Source of the DNA: Chiloscyllium plagiosum
Taxonomy: Eukaryota
NCBI RefSeq assembly: GCF_004010195.1
Contig: NC_057725.1
Coordinates: forward strand, 57,533,757 to 57,597,756
DNA length: 64,000 nt
Direction: 5' to 3'
The notes beneath the pieces were generated by a model. That model was not told the DNA's origin and ran no database searches. It worked only from the letters and a program-made list of their open reading frames with translations. Made by a program: the position numbers and the translations under genes. Positions 1 to 12,570 of the stretch are shown in pieces. Position 1 is the stretch's first letter. Each line of letters opens with the position of its first letter.

Positions 1-310
1 AATCCATCAAATTCAGCACCGCCTTCCTAACCTGAGATCTTCTTCCCGACCTCTCCGCCCCCACCCCAGTCTGACCTATCACCCTCACCTTGACCTCTTT
101 CCACCTATCACATTTCTGACGCCCCTCCCCCAAGTCCCTCCTCCCTACCTTTTATCTTAGCCTGCTGGACACACTTTCCTCATTCCTGAAGAAGGGCATA
201 TGCCCGAAACGTCGATTCTCCTGTTCTCTGGATGCTGCCTGACCTGCTGCGCTTTTCCAGCAACACATTTTCAGCTCTGATCTCCAGCATCTGCAGTCCT
301 CACTTTCTCC
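1..310 (+). mobile_element. Penelope-like element 3' tail (family A), cut by the window edge
   Basis: Nearly identical to 2330-2647. Ends ...gcagtcctcactttctcc. Hammerhead-like core at 186-213. Confidence 0.8.
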
Positions 311-883
311 CTTATGTTTACAACAGCAGACAATGGTTTCTGGGGTTATCTTTGGACTGGCTTATTTATATCTTTAGGGTTTTTAAATTTGTTTTTTGAT
401 CTTTTGATTTTCTGTAAGTGAGCAATTCACCTCATGGCAGTTTACCATTCATTCTGCCTATTAAAACTGGATGTGTCTGGTTTGAGGATCTTTAGGTGCA
501 AGTTTTAAAGATTTTAAAAATGATTATAAAAATTTTAAACATGTATGATTATGCAATTACTACTTATTTAAATTGTTTCAGACTGACTTGTTTTGGGGGG
601 TTTAAACTTCCCTGTTCATCAGCCAGCTATTCCATGAAATTGCAGCAAGTTCTACTGTATGGTCTGGGTCTCTCCCTCGCTTCCACATCGTAATGAGCCT
701 CCAACATGAGTCATGCAAGTGCCTGTACTTAAAACTGCAACTTTTCCAGGCACTTACCCCAAACCATGCAACGCAAGAAAATGCCACCTTCCTGCTATTT
801 TCCAATTCACCAGCAGTGGGCGCAGTGTCCCCAGTTATCTTAAAAAATACAACTGGAGAGGAAAACCTACCATATTCAATTCA

Positions 884-979
884 TGATTTGGACCACCTGA
901 TGAAGGGGCAGTGCTGCGAAAGCTAGTGCTCCCAAATTAACCTGTTGGATTATAACCTGGTGTTGTGTGATTTTTAACT
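884..979 (+). mobile_element. ~96-bp Penelope-type mini-element (family B) with a 12-bp TSD
   Basis: atattcaattca is repeated at 872-883 and 980-991. Interior: cacCTGATGAaggggcagtgctgcGAAAGCTAgtg. Confidence 0.7.
894..928 (+). ncRNA. Minimal type I hammerhead-ribozyme-like motif (family B)
   Basis: Stem I CAC/GUG, core CUGAUGA, extra A, stem II GGGGC/GCUGC (one mismatch), GAAA, palindromic AGCU helix III, CUA cleavage triplet. Confidence 0.55.
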
Positions 980-1905
980 ATATTCAATTCAACATTCACT
1001 GAAAAGGGAGTTGCATTATGAATATTGTATTAATTTTTAAATAAGCGATTAATTAATTTCATAAGGTGTAAAAGTAAAGCAGTATCATTACACTGGCTTC
1101 ATCTCATGAGCTGAAGATGATCACTATAACTGCCCAAACTATCCAACCCCAGCCCCACCATTGAGCCCATTATATAATTAAGAAGCTACATATTCCCCAG
1201 AGACTTCACTGTAATTCTTGATTATCCAGCTTATTATTTAAACATTCTGTGATAAACATACTGGTGTACAGCTGTCAAATGATGGTATGGTATTAAAATG
1301 GACATCAGAACTGGAAATCCAAACCTAGTGAATAGCTTGGGTAGACTGATGAAAACCTACCCAAGTTACACTGGCAGTGCAGACGTGTCTTCAGCAAGAG
1401 AGCGGGCAGTGCAGAGGGAATACAGAGTCTGGCTTTGGGATGGCTGTGAGCACGTGAGGTAACATATTGCAGGCAAAAGTGAGAGTTGATGAGCATGAGC
1501 TTTGGTGGGAGGTGGGGACAGGAGCAGAGATAGAGGGAGAGTGAGCAATCGGGGGCAAGAAGTTGGCGCTTACATTGGAGGTCTGGAGAAGGACATTACA
1601 TTTGCCGGGCATTCCTCCAGCTGGCTGGGACTCATTGACCCCAGGTGGCAACCTCGGAGAAGGCTGGCACGGCCCCCACTGCTGGGGGAGGAGGAAGTCC
1701 ACATTAGCACCACCCCATCCAGCAGGACCTCCTGCCCACACAACAGGGCACTGATGGAATGAGCTGCCAGAGGAAATGGTGGATGCTGGTACGGTTACAA
1801 CATTTAACAAGCACCTGGATGGGTACTTGAATAAGAAGGGTTTAGAGGGATATAGGCCAAATGCTGACAAATGGGACTAGATTTATTTAGGATATCTGGT
1901 TGGCA

Positions 1906-3410
1906 TGAATTGAATTGAATTGAATTGAATTGAATTGAATTGAATTTATTGTCACGTGTGCCGAGGCACAGTAAAAAGCTTTGTCTTGCGAGCAATACAG
2001 GCAGATCACAGTAGCGTAGATAAGTAAATAATAGGTAAACAGCGGCAAAAACAAAAACACAGGTACAGGCGAATGCTAAGGGTTTGTGAGTCCATTCAGT
2101 ATTCTAACAACAGTAGGGTAGAAACTGTTTTGAAACTGGCTGGTGCATGTGTTCAGGCTTCTGTACCTTCTCCCTGATGGTAGAGGTTGTAGAAAAACAT
2201 AGCAACAGACCATAGCAACACGACAGTTGGAGGAAGAGCGCCTCATCTTCCGCCTAGGAATCCTCCAACCACAAGGGATGAACTCAGATTTCTCCAGTTT
2301 CCTCATTTCCCTCCCTCCACCTTGTCTCAGTCAAATCCCTCGAACTCAGCACCGCCTTCCTAACCTGCAATCTTCTTCCTGACCTCTCCACCCCCACCCC
2401 CACTCCGGCCTATCACCCTCACCTTGACCTCCTTCCACCTATCGCATTTCCAACGCCCCTCCCCCAAGTCCCTCCTCCCTACCTTTTATCTTAGCCTGCT
2501 GGACACACTTTCCTCATTCCTGAAGAAGGGCTCATGCCCGAAACGTCGATTCTCCTGCTTCTTGGATGCTGCCTGACTTGCTGTGCTTTTCCAGCAACAC
2601 ATTTTCAGCTCTGATCTCCAGCATCTGCAGTCCTCACTTTCTCCTCCTTGTAGAAAAACATTGCCAGGGTGGGATGGATCTTTGAGAATGCTGATGGCCT
2701 TTCCTCGACAGCGGGCCTGGTAGATGGATTCTATAGATGGGAGGTTGGCCTTTCTGATTGTCCGGGCAGAGTTCACCACTCTCTGTAACCGTCTCCGATC
2801 TTGACTGGTACAGTTGCCATACCAGGTAGTGATACATCCAGACAGAATGCTCTCGATGGCACACCTATTAAAGTTGGCAAGGGTATTCGCCGTCATGCCA
2901 AATTTCCTCAGCTGCCTGAGACAGAAGAGACGTTGTTAGGCCTTTGTAACCAGTGCATCTACATGAAGAGTTCAAGAAAGCTTGTTGTGGATGACCACTC
3001 CCAGGAGCTTGACACTCTCCACTCATTCCACCTCTGTGCTGTTGATGTGTAGGGGTTCATGAGTAACATCCCACCAAAAGTCAATAATGAGTTCCTTGGT
3101 TTTGCCGGCATTGAGAGCTAAGTTGTTCTCAGTGCACCATTTTTTCCAGGTCTTCCACCTCCCGTCTGTAGTCTGTTTTGTTGCCACCTGAGATTCGAAC
3201 GACTATGGTGATGTCGTCAGCAAACTTGTAAATGGAATTAGTCTGGTATTTGGCGACACAGTCATGGGTATACAGTGAGTACATTAGGGGGCTGAGTAAG
3301 CACCCTTGGGAGTTCAAATTATGAGTGTTAGGGAGGATGAAATATTGTCCCCAATCTTCACTGATTGTGGCCTGTGGGTCAGGAAACTGAAGATCCAGCT
3401 ACAGAGAGTG
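1906..3410 (-). mobile_element. Rex1/Babar-type LINE, 5'-truncated, RT C-terminus, with (TTCAA)n tail
   Basis: Minus-strand ORFs: SPLMYSLYTHDC...KFADD (RT motif), IESILSGCITTWYGNC...LQRVVNSA, LPSGRRYRS...SFYP. (TGAAT)8 at 1906-1945. Confidence 0.85.
2201..2647 (+). mobile_element. Penelope-like element 3' fragment (GIY-YIG C-terminal end plus tail) with a 14-bp TSD
   Basis: Encodes ATRQLEEERLIFRLGILQPQGMN, typical of the end of a PLE ORF. TSD ttgtagaaaaacat at 2187-2200 and 2648-2661. Hammerhead-like core at 2520-2547. Confidence 0.85.
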
Positions 3411-3844
3411 GGACAAGTTGGACCGAAGGGTCTGCTTCCATGCTGTACATCTCAGTGACTCTATGATTTTCTTTTGTCTACTGTGTCTGAGGCAGATATC
3501 AGGAAGCATTCAGGGCAGCTCTAGACTGATAGCACTTGTGCGCAATGGACTTTTAAAGATGGCGCCGGCAGAAGGAATGCTGAATTTCGATCGGTAGCCA
3601 CTGAGTGGCGAGTTGTCTGGGAATGTCGCATGATAGGGTGAGTATGGGATGGGACATGAGAGGCCTCATGGGGGCGCTGCGGGCAATTAATGAGACAATC
3701 TCGTATGATATGGCAAGAAAACTCATTGGAGTAGAAAAAAAACTCTCCAAAAAACTCAGCATAATTCAGATTTATCCGGAAAATGTATGATCCATCTTTA
3801 TGTATCTAGAAACGAGGTAAGGCAGGAATGTGGTTTAGTGATGT

Positions 3845-4080
3845 CAATTGAAGATAAATATTGACATTTCACATAATATCCCTGCCATTCTATAAATTAG
3901 TCCCATGCTTTTTTCACATTCATCTGTGAAACTGTCAATTTAATGCCTCATGGCACATCCAGCAATACAGTAGTTCTTCATAATTATAGAATGCCAAACG
4001 TGATAGCCATGCAAATCTCCCCTGGAGTGGGGCTCAAATTCATAACTCTCTAACACAGAGGTGCCACCCCACTGATCCAT
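3845..4080 (-). mobile_element. Highly diverged Deu-domain SINE (SacSINE1/AmnSINE1-like)
   Basis: Reverse-complement similarity to the Deu central domain and a tRNA-like head, judged by eye. Confidence 0.4.
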
Positions 4081-4594
4081 GATTGACATCTGCCAGAAAT
4101 CATTTCACCACAATCAGATAATGGAAAACAGCAATTGTTGAAGATACAATAACAAATAAAAGTACAGCTTACAAAAAAAACAAAGAGAGAGAGAGAGAGA
4201 AGCAAACAGGCAGAAGTTCGAACATTTTCAGCCCCACACACACTCAAACTCAAATGTTGCATTCACTCATTTGGTGGAAGAGTATGCCATTCGGTTTGGG
4301 GAGTCAGCTGTCAAGAAAAAAGCCTCGCACTTATCCAGCTATCTTTGCAACCACTAGGTGTCTCCAAGTGGTGTACATTAATGAAGTACTTTTGGAAGTG
4401 TTCTTTGTTCAACTTTTGAGGCAAAGAGGGCTTTGTTCAGTATCCAAAATATCTGCTGGCTCAGGGTTGCCTCCCTGTCTCTGATGTGTGCTTGCTTTTG
4501 AGGGAGGCTGCACCATTGTTATGTATGAGACACAGCACTGAATATGCACATTACAAAATCATATTGCTGTTCATGAGGTTATGATCTGATCAAC

Positions 4595-4790
4595 TGTTTA
4601 TGTGCTGTTCAGGGAGAGATAAGCATATGGCCGTGACACCTGGGATACTTTAATACACTCCTTCAAGAAAATGCCCCTTCTCTCCCCTGAAGCAGGCAGG
4701 TGGGGTCTTGGCTTGATACGTGATGTGAAAGTTGGCATCCAACAGTAGAGCACTGCTGCTGCAATGTACCAGAGTATCAGCCTCAATTTT
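4595..4790 (-). mobile_element. Diverged Deu-domain SINE fragment
   Basis: The reverse complement reads ...ggctgatactctggtacattgcagcagcagtgctctactgttggatgccaactttcacatcacgtatcaagccaagaccccacctgcc..., resembling the Deu domain. Confidence 0.5.
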
Positions 4791-4807
4791 GGCAACTGTT
4801 GCTGTCT

Positions 4808-5008
4808 TGCCCAATCAAAGGGGGCTATACTCTTATTAGAGAGAAGCAACTGGTGGTGATTTAACCTGAGGGCCACCAGACCTCAGGCAAGGGAAGAGGT
4901 TGAGAGGAAGAGTCCTTCATGGTAACCTCAAACCAGTGATGGGAATTGAACCCACACTGTTAGCATCAACTTCTCTACAAGCCAACAATTCAGCCAACTG
5001 AGCTAAAG
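4808..5008 (-). mobile_element. tRNA-derived SINE (family C)
   Basis: A box ttagctcagttggctg and B box ggttcaattccc on the minus strand. Homologous copy on + at 58787-58955. Confidence 0.65.
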
Positions 5009-8000
5009 CAATTCCCTGTGTTAATTAAGTGGGACTTGGACCATAAACCTTCTAATTTAGAAGGTGCAAATTTTGCAAACAGCACTTTAAAAGTCAGAAG
5101 CCAGAACAGAAGACAATAAGGTGGAATGTCAAGCCAGCTGGGTGATTGTAGTACACTAGTTCATGCTGGCCTGAAACTTGAGCCAAATTTGACATCAGAC
5201 CTTAATGAATGAAAACACCACATTGCAGGGGCTAATGCAGTTAAGCAGCTGGGGCATAATGAGATTTTAAAAAATTATTCATTGATGGAGGTGGATGTGG
5301 CTGGTGAAGCCAGTATTTGTTGCTCATTTATGAACAAACAGTCATTGAATTGATGAACAATTTGGTCCAATGACAATGTTGGTGAGGTTGTGGGTTATTG
5401 GAGAGGGGATACAGGAATTGAAGGTATCTGAGTGAAGGGAAGCCAGTTTGGGATAACAATCCCTGAGTATCTATTGCTGACCATGTTTGGGTTCCCTCCG
5501 TGCTGTACTCATCTTGCGTTTCTGAAAACACTTAACTTCGTGAAATCCTTTGCGACAGTCACTGGGAAATTCAGATCCCTTTTTTTAAAAAAGCATCAGG
5601 CTCTTTGAATTTGCAAAAAAGGAGTGAGATGTCATATGCTGAAGGATCTGTCTTCAAGATTTCTATAGCAACCACTTGCTCACAGGCAAGGGATGAACAG
5701 AGATGGCACAGAACGGAGCAAGCTGTGGGAGGTTTGAGGTGGTAAATGTTTAGGGTGTTAAGGAAGCAATTCTCTTCACCAAACCTCAGCTAGCAGCAGT
5801 GTGGCAGGCCCTTTTACTTCTCTCTGCTTTCACTGAAATCTGCAGCTGATGCAGCTCCCAATGCATCCTCAGAGCAGGGCAAAGGCAGCATTGGGAGCAT
5901 TATTAGGAAATTATGAGCCTTTATGTGCCTGCCTGGTCGATGTCTTGCAGCCTGATACACCAGCTGTTTTTGTGCCACTACAACAGTGAGATTGGCTAAA
6001 GCTTAAAACTCCCCGAACTTGACCGCTGGCGTGAGACCATTTTTTTTTTAATATTCAGGCTAGGTTTGCAGCCTCGATGGATCTCATTCCACTGCTTTCA
6101 CTAGAGTTACCTTGGAATCTGTCTGGCATCCTGCGGATGGGATAGATGCCATTTCCCTTCCGGTGCAGCATCAGGGAAACTTGGTAGCTCACTTCTAGGG
6201 GATTTCTTCCAGCAGCTGCTCTAGTCAAAATGTGTCTCACCTCCAAGAGGGGCTGGCCAGTTGAAGCACTTCATGGTTAATTGCATGCACCCAGCTCAGG
6301 GGTACAGGCTGTAAACTGTGCACTTAGCACTACAATCACTTAAAACTGTAGGCAGACCAATGTAAGGACCAAGGCCCATCTCACATTGTGATCCTTTCCC
6401 CCACCCCGTACCCCTGTTTTTGAGGAGCTGTCAAGTTTCATGACCTTGTTGTTTCTCCCCATGTTTCTGTAGCTTAAGACGTTAAGGGATTTACCACTAC
6501 ATTTTTTGTTTTGCTGATCATTTCCATTAGCTTTGTCAGCAACAATACACACGCCAGAACTCAAGCCATGATCCCACTCCCCGTCACGCCTGTATCCCAC
6601 CCTTTGCCTTCCGATTCTGCACATTATGGACTGGAACTAATCCAAGCTGTTTCTATGGGCTGGTTCTCGATATATGACATAAATAGGTTGCAGTGTTGCA
6701 AGGCTCTGTTATACATGGTGACAAATTGTACGAATCACACGCCCATTATACCAATGAAACAGCACACACCTATAAAAGACATGAACTCAAACAACACAAT
6801 TTTCTGTACTTTAAAAGCGTAAGGAAAAGCAGGTCACAGCTACCAGACCTTCCACAGCTCCATGAGTAAGTAAATCAGATATTTTTTAAGATGATGTTGT
6901 TATGGAGATTTGACTGGAAAACCTTATGTACATACATCACTGAACTTCAAAGATGGTTCATATTGTGAACTGTTTTCGGGTGCTTTAGGGTGAGGTGTTG
7001 CGAGATAGTTACATTGATACTATGCTGCCTTATTTGACTATGGGAAACTCTTATGACCATAGTCCACATGCAAACAAATGAATTCTCTTTATTACAGTAG
7101 CAGGGCAGATGTGCCCTCTAGATTTATAAATGACAATGTTCTGAGGAAAGGTCACTGGACCCCAAAACGTTAACTCTAATTTCTCTCCACAGGTGCTGAG
7201 CTTTTCCAGCATTTTCTGCTTTTAAGATTTATCTTGGGGTTTGTTATTGAGGACAGGATTTGCGCACTGCTCACATAATGTCTGCAACAGATTTTGCTTC
7301 CCGGCAGCAACAATCCCGTTCCTCAGTGAGCATAGAACAATCCAGTTTGTGCATTATAGCTTCAATGTGTCGTACCCACCATGACCAGTCACACAGACTC
7401 AGTGCAGTTCTGTCAATATGCACAGTGGCAGATTGCTTTATGCTGTTGGTTTCGTATAGCGGGCTGGCATGTGTTGACTTAGCTGTTCTCTCCAAGTGCA
7501 GCTGTTTGAGTGTCACAATGAGCGAAGGTGTGGAAGAATCAACCTACTCTCTGACCCTGACATGATTTACTGTACATGATTGGATGTGGGATGAAGCAGG
7601 GATTGGAATACTGCAGGATAACTAGCACTTTTGTCATTATACTGCAACAGCAAAGGAGAGAAATATGGTTGGGGGTGGGGATGGGAGAAAGAGTTTGGAA
7701 ATGAACAGTGCTAAATCAGCACATGATAAAGAGGATTACAGTTTAATGTTTTGGACTATTTGATGGTTTAAAAATCGAAAGCTTTGGTAGTGAAACTCCA
7801 TCTTTATAAAACAATAAGTTAAAGCTTTGCAAAGTGACATTTCTCTTTAGAAAGGATAAAATTTGTAACAAGAGGGTGCGTCTGTGACTCACCATTTTAG
7901 AGGAAAAAGGGATATATCAATGACACCACCTAACAAGGGCCCTTCCCTGCTATGTTACTGGCGAAATAATTGGCCTCTCCCTGCCTGTAAGGAACTGTGA

Positions 8001-8284
8001 CTTCAGGCTTGATCAAGGTGGATGCCTCCACTTGACAGAGGATTACAGTCAGAAGATTACCCTTGCTGCAAAAGCTCTGACAGTTATTTCCACTTGCAAT
8101 GTGGTGGCCATAAATGCAGATGCTGGGTGAGGGCAGCTGAACCGGTCGGTGTCTGGCTTTAGATACCGAATTTCTTCACTGGACTTTCCACTGAACACTT
8201 GATCAAGTGTTGTTTTTGGTTCATGAAATTCCAACCACCCCCCACCCCAGAAGTAAAACCAATGGACTCTTTGTTCCATGAGCA

Positions 8285-8620
8285 GGGGCAGTAGTGGCAT
8301 AATGAGAAAGTCACTGGATTAGTAATTGAGATGACGGGGTTTGTGAGCTGAATCCTACCTGGCAGATGGTGAAATCGGAATTCAATTTCATAAAAATCTG
8401 GAATAAAAGAAATTCACCTAAAAACAACAATGCAGTCATTGTCGATTGTTGTAACAACCCATCTGGTTCACTAAATACTCTTTAGGGAAGGAAATCTGCC
8501 ATCCTTTCCTGGTCTGGCCTACATGTGATTCCCATACCCAACCTGGTTGATTCTCAACTTTTCTCTGAATTATAGATGGACAATAACTCCAGCTGCAATC
8601 ATAATCCAATGGATTTAAAA
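8285..8620 (+). mobile_element. tRNA-derived SINE (family B; core tttagggaaggaaatctgcc...ggtctggcctacatgtgactcc)
   Basis: The same core recurs at 21190/21560, 22620, 26150 and 42320, and on the minus strand at 13600, 57660 and 61530. Confidence 0.65.
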
Positions 8621-11194
8621 AAGTCCTGCTGTTACTGAGATGGTGTGAGAGTTGAATGGATGTATCCGGAACAGTGTTGTCATTAGAGTTCCCAACCCGC
8701 GCTAGATTGGCCTGGAGTCTACAGAAATCTCCTGGCCACTGTAGTATCCAAGGTCAAAAATCATTGATGCAACAAATTGTTCCATTTGCACTAACATATT
8801 TATTTATTTCAAGTATCTTATGCTTGGGAATAAAAGGCTGTTTGGGTGACAGTCGGGAAAATATAATCAGGTAATGGACAGCCTGTTCCCTTCCCCAGTG
8901 CATTGTGAAAGTGTTGCACTTTTGTGTCCAGCAGGCAATGTGTGAGCACAAGGGTGGGGTAGTAGAAACTGGAGTGCACGACTCCCATGCCTTCATTTGC
9001 AAATAAACAGAGCAAGGGAACCTGCTCAAACAGACCAACAAAGCAGTTTTAAACTCATTGCAGTGTAGCATTGTTCTTGCCATTCAAACTGTCGGACTGA
9101 AAATAAGGTCTAAATTAATTACCTGGAAGCAGCTACTGTAAAGACAGCTGCCACAATATAAATAGGGTGACTTTTTATTGCATGTAGGTAGAACCACAGA
9201 ATCCACTTCTGAAAGGGTTCAGTTGTATAATTATGTGGGCTTAATTGCAAGGCAATGCTGAATTCTGTATCATTTGACAACAATGGGAGCAGTCTATTCA
9301 AGCATGTTGGATTATGTCAATTGGGTTCAATCTTATTATCAGGATGCATTCAGTGACATAGTGAGAAGTAAGCATTGGTGTTCATGTTATGTCTAGAATG
9401 TGGAGTTTGTAATGCCGATATTTTGCATGGTGCGGTTCAACATGATTAGATTTTATGATTAGGCTTGAAAATAATAATAATGTTGATCTTCCCATTACAC
9501 AACTGGAGGAAATATTTATTCACTTAGTAGTCATACAGCTGAGGAAAGTGATGGAAGCTACAATTGTCATTGGGCTAAAAATACACTGTAGTGGATGTCA
9601 CTGAGGGACTGCAAGCAGATAAGAGAAGGAGAGGCAATGCTGGGTGCAGAACGTTGGAGGGAGACAAGGGATGGAGTTGGCATAGGTAAAAACAATGACT
9701 GCAGATGCTGGAAAGCAGAGTGGTCAATGATATCATGCACCGTGTAGAGATTGAACATCCAACCTTTTGTCACAATAAGGAGAATCTGAGCAGAATGGGT
9801 TGGAATCCAGTGACAAGTGCAGTGAGTCCCAGCTCATCTCAGTCCAACATTTATACTTTTCACAAGTGGTGTGGCAAGATTCTCGCTCAGGATCAGCGAG
9901 GCACCAATTCACTAGGATTAACGCTTGCTAAATGCCTTGTTAATGTCACGAATCACTTCACTAATGTTCAGCTTCCCGTCTCACCAAACCCGCTAGCTAT
10001 CGAGAAAACTCAACAAGGAAACCAAAGGGTGTACCTGGTGGATTCAGTTCACCGCTTATTCAGAACAATCTCTTTTTTGCCCCTTCAACCAGAGCTACCC
10101 AGGCTGTCTTGCCATGCTGCCTCGAGCTGATAAAGAAAGCTTGTCATAATTGTCAATAGGCCTGACTTTACTCAGTGGGTTCCTGCCAGAGTAACTCAAG
10201 TGCACCCTCAGTTACCAGTCCAAGGTCTTGGCCATGGTTAGTTAGATGTTTGGGATGGTCAGGAACTCTTTCCTCAATATGTCTGGAGTCTTTCTGTCTA
10301 TGGTAAGCTGCTTTCCTCATGGAATGAGAGAGACGAAGTTATTACAGGAGATGGAAATTGGTTGCTTGGTATTATTGTTGGAGATGTGTCACGAATGATT
10401 GAATGGACAGCACAGAGGGAATGCAGGATTGGAGTGTCATGGAAACCCACCATGCCAGGGCGGAGGGCGGATAGACAATTAATGACACAAGTTTGGTCGG
10501 ATGTGCTCAGAAAACTTGCTGGGCCTTGTGATGGCAATCCCTCAAAAAATCTTCATGCAACTCAGAATTAGCCCGAAAGAAACTGGAAGTTTCTATCCAA
10601 TGTCATTGTGTGCCGGCAGCATTGTGCTGTTGCAGATAAACGTTCTGGTGTCAGTCTCAAGTCTCACCATTTGTTTAAAAAGTTTGTTAAATTCATGTTA
10701 TAAGACAGAGTGGTCCCTAAAGAAATAGTGCCTGTAAAACATTGAACAAGCATACAAACTTGTACACCCATAAAGACTTTGAAGTTGCTTTATATATGGT
10801 TTGCAGTCAGTGAACAATTACTGGCAGATGCGAATAATTGTTTGGTTTTAACCATGCTCAGGATTGGAGGTTAAAATGGCTTTTTTCTTTAATTTGCCTT
10901 ATCAAAAATATTTCACATTTATTTTCAGTTTTCGAGAGAGTTTGTTTGCAATATATTTGCACATAGCATTACATAGGAAACACAGTGTAAAACAGCCCAG
11001 AAGGTCCAAACAATCCATGCTTGTGTTTATATTCCTCGTGAATCTCCTTCCATCCTTGTTCATCTGGGTCTATCATTGTAACTCTATCCCATTCTGCTTT
11101 AAATTCTTAACAACTTCCCTTTATTTGCTTTAATCACTCCCAGTGGTAGTATACCCATCAGTCTTTAGGTGAATAAGTGTCTTCTCAATTTCCT

Positions 11195-11590
11195 GTTTTT
11201 TCATTCATTCATGGGATGTGGCCATCACTGACCGGCCAACATATGTTGCCTGTCATTAGTTGCCTTTGAGAAGGTGGTGGTGCACTGCCTTCTTGGACTG
11301 CTGCAGTCCACCTGTTGTGAGTTGACCTGTTCAGGAGGGAATTCCAGGATTTTGACTGAGCAGCGATATATTTCCAAGTCATGATAGTGAGTGGCTTTGA
11401 GGACAACTTACAAGTGATGGTTGCCCATGTATCTGCTGTGCCTGTTCTTCTAGATGGAAGCAGTTGTGTGTTCAGAGGTGCTGTCTGATATTCCTTGGTG
11501 AATTTCTGTAATGCATCTTGTAGATAGCTGCTACTGAATGTCAGTGGTGGAGGGAGTGGATTACATTCCTTGGGAACTGATGTCATACTG
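11195..11590 (-). mobile_element. LINE 3' end whose tail is shared with family-B SINEs
   Basis: Homologous to 16900-17200, 53745-54100 and 60380-60580/61420-61515. The tail (ggatgtggc..catcactg..ggccaacat) matches the SINE-B tail. Confidence 0.6.
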
Positions 11591-11609
11591 ATGGACTCCA
11601 GTTATGCTC

Positions 11610-12570
11610 TTCACGGTAAGAAATATTCTCCCTGTATCCACTTACTTGGAGTTTTATTTGCATTTTTAAAGACCTCTATGAGGTTACCCCTCAGCATTTT
11701 CTTTAAAAAAAACTAGCCTTTCAATACTTTCCTGATACATGTACCCAGATATTTTGGATAGTAATATTGTAGTCTGTGCTGTACCCCCTCTAGTTCCTCT
11801 TTATTCATTTTGTGGTATAGCAATCAACTAAATGCAGTGCTCTTGAATGTGGTTCAACAAGTTTTATTACAAGTTCAGGATAAGATTCCTATTTTCTAAT
11901 ATTAATCTTCTGGTAACAAGGCCTAGTTCTTGACTAAGTTTTGCTTTGCTAAACTGTGAGATAATTTTTAATTACTGTTGAATTTGTACTCTGTTTGTTC
12001 CCTCACTTCACCTAGACTTGCATCATTTATTAATAAGAACCCTTCCCTATTCTTTCAAACAAAATATATTCAAATTTGACACTTGTGTTGAACTTCATTT
12101 ACCAATTATTGGCCCATTCTGCAAATTTGCAAACATAAATGTTGCAGAACTCCTCAATGTTGTTACCTCCTATTTAGTGTTATCTGCAAATAGATACATT
12201 TTGAGTCTTTGATCCAATGTTCAAATCTTTAATGTAAGTGGTGAGCAGCAGAGGTCCCTGCATCAATACCTGCAGATCACCTTTCTGTCTTGCACCACTC
12301 TCAACAGATGCTGTTTACTCCACACTCAGCTTTCTGTCCTGAAGCCAGGTACTAATCCATACAGCCACACATCTCCTCACTCAACATTCTCTGATCCTAT
12401 TCTTTATTCTAACAGGGCGCACCTTAATGAAGGCCTTTTAAAAATGTAGATCAATTACATCTATTGCATTACCATAGTCTACGCTCTTTGTTATCTCCTC
12501 AAAAGAAAAATCAATAAGGTTGGTTGAAGAGGTTTTTTCTCCTTTATAATTATATGCTGACTATTAATTC
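11610..12570 (-). mobile_element. Old, degraded CR1-type LINE RT remnant
   Basis: Reverse-complement remnants of CR1 RT motifs (ttatctgcaaa = FAD; aaggccttttaaaaatgtagat = DF.KAF). Many stops. Confidence 0.55.

Larger units (their letters stand above)
1754..3468 (+). mobile_element. CR1/HER1-type LINE 3' end, split into 1754-1906 and 3411-3468 by a nested insertion
   Basis: WNELPEEMVDAGTVTTF..LDGY coding remnant. The 3'UTR atctggttggcat|ggacaagttggaccgaagggtctg rejoins across the insert and matches intact copies at 19740 and 61355. Confidence 0.85.

Noticed and set aside
1906-1945. (TGAAT)8, and (TTAGA)5 at 21228, as satellite, telomere-like or CRISPR-like arrays
   Set aside because: They are 3' tails of a Rex1/Babar LINE and an HE1 SINE; there are no spacers.
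7141-7220. Older Penelope-tail remnants (also ~34980, 36060, 46290, 49015, 57890, 63850) as ribozymes
   Set aside because: The cores and stems are too degraded to fold as hammerheads.
9700-10730. ORF 9705-10130 and neighbours as a Harbinger transposase or Tx1 remnant
   Set aside because: Only vague resemblance, with no catalytic motif I can support; probably an old repeat.
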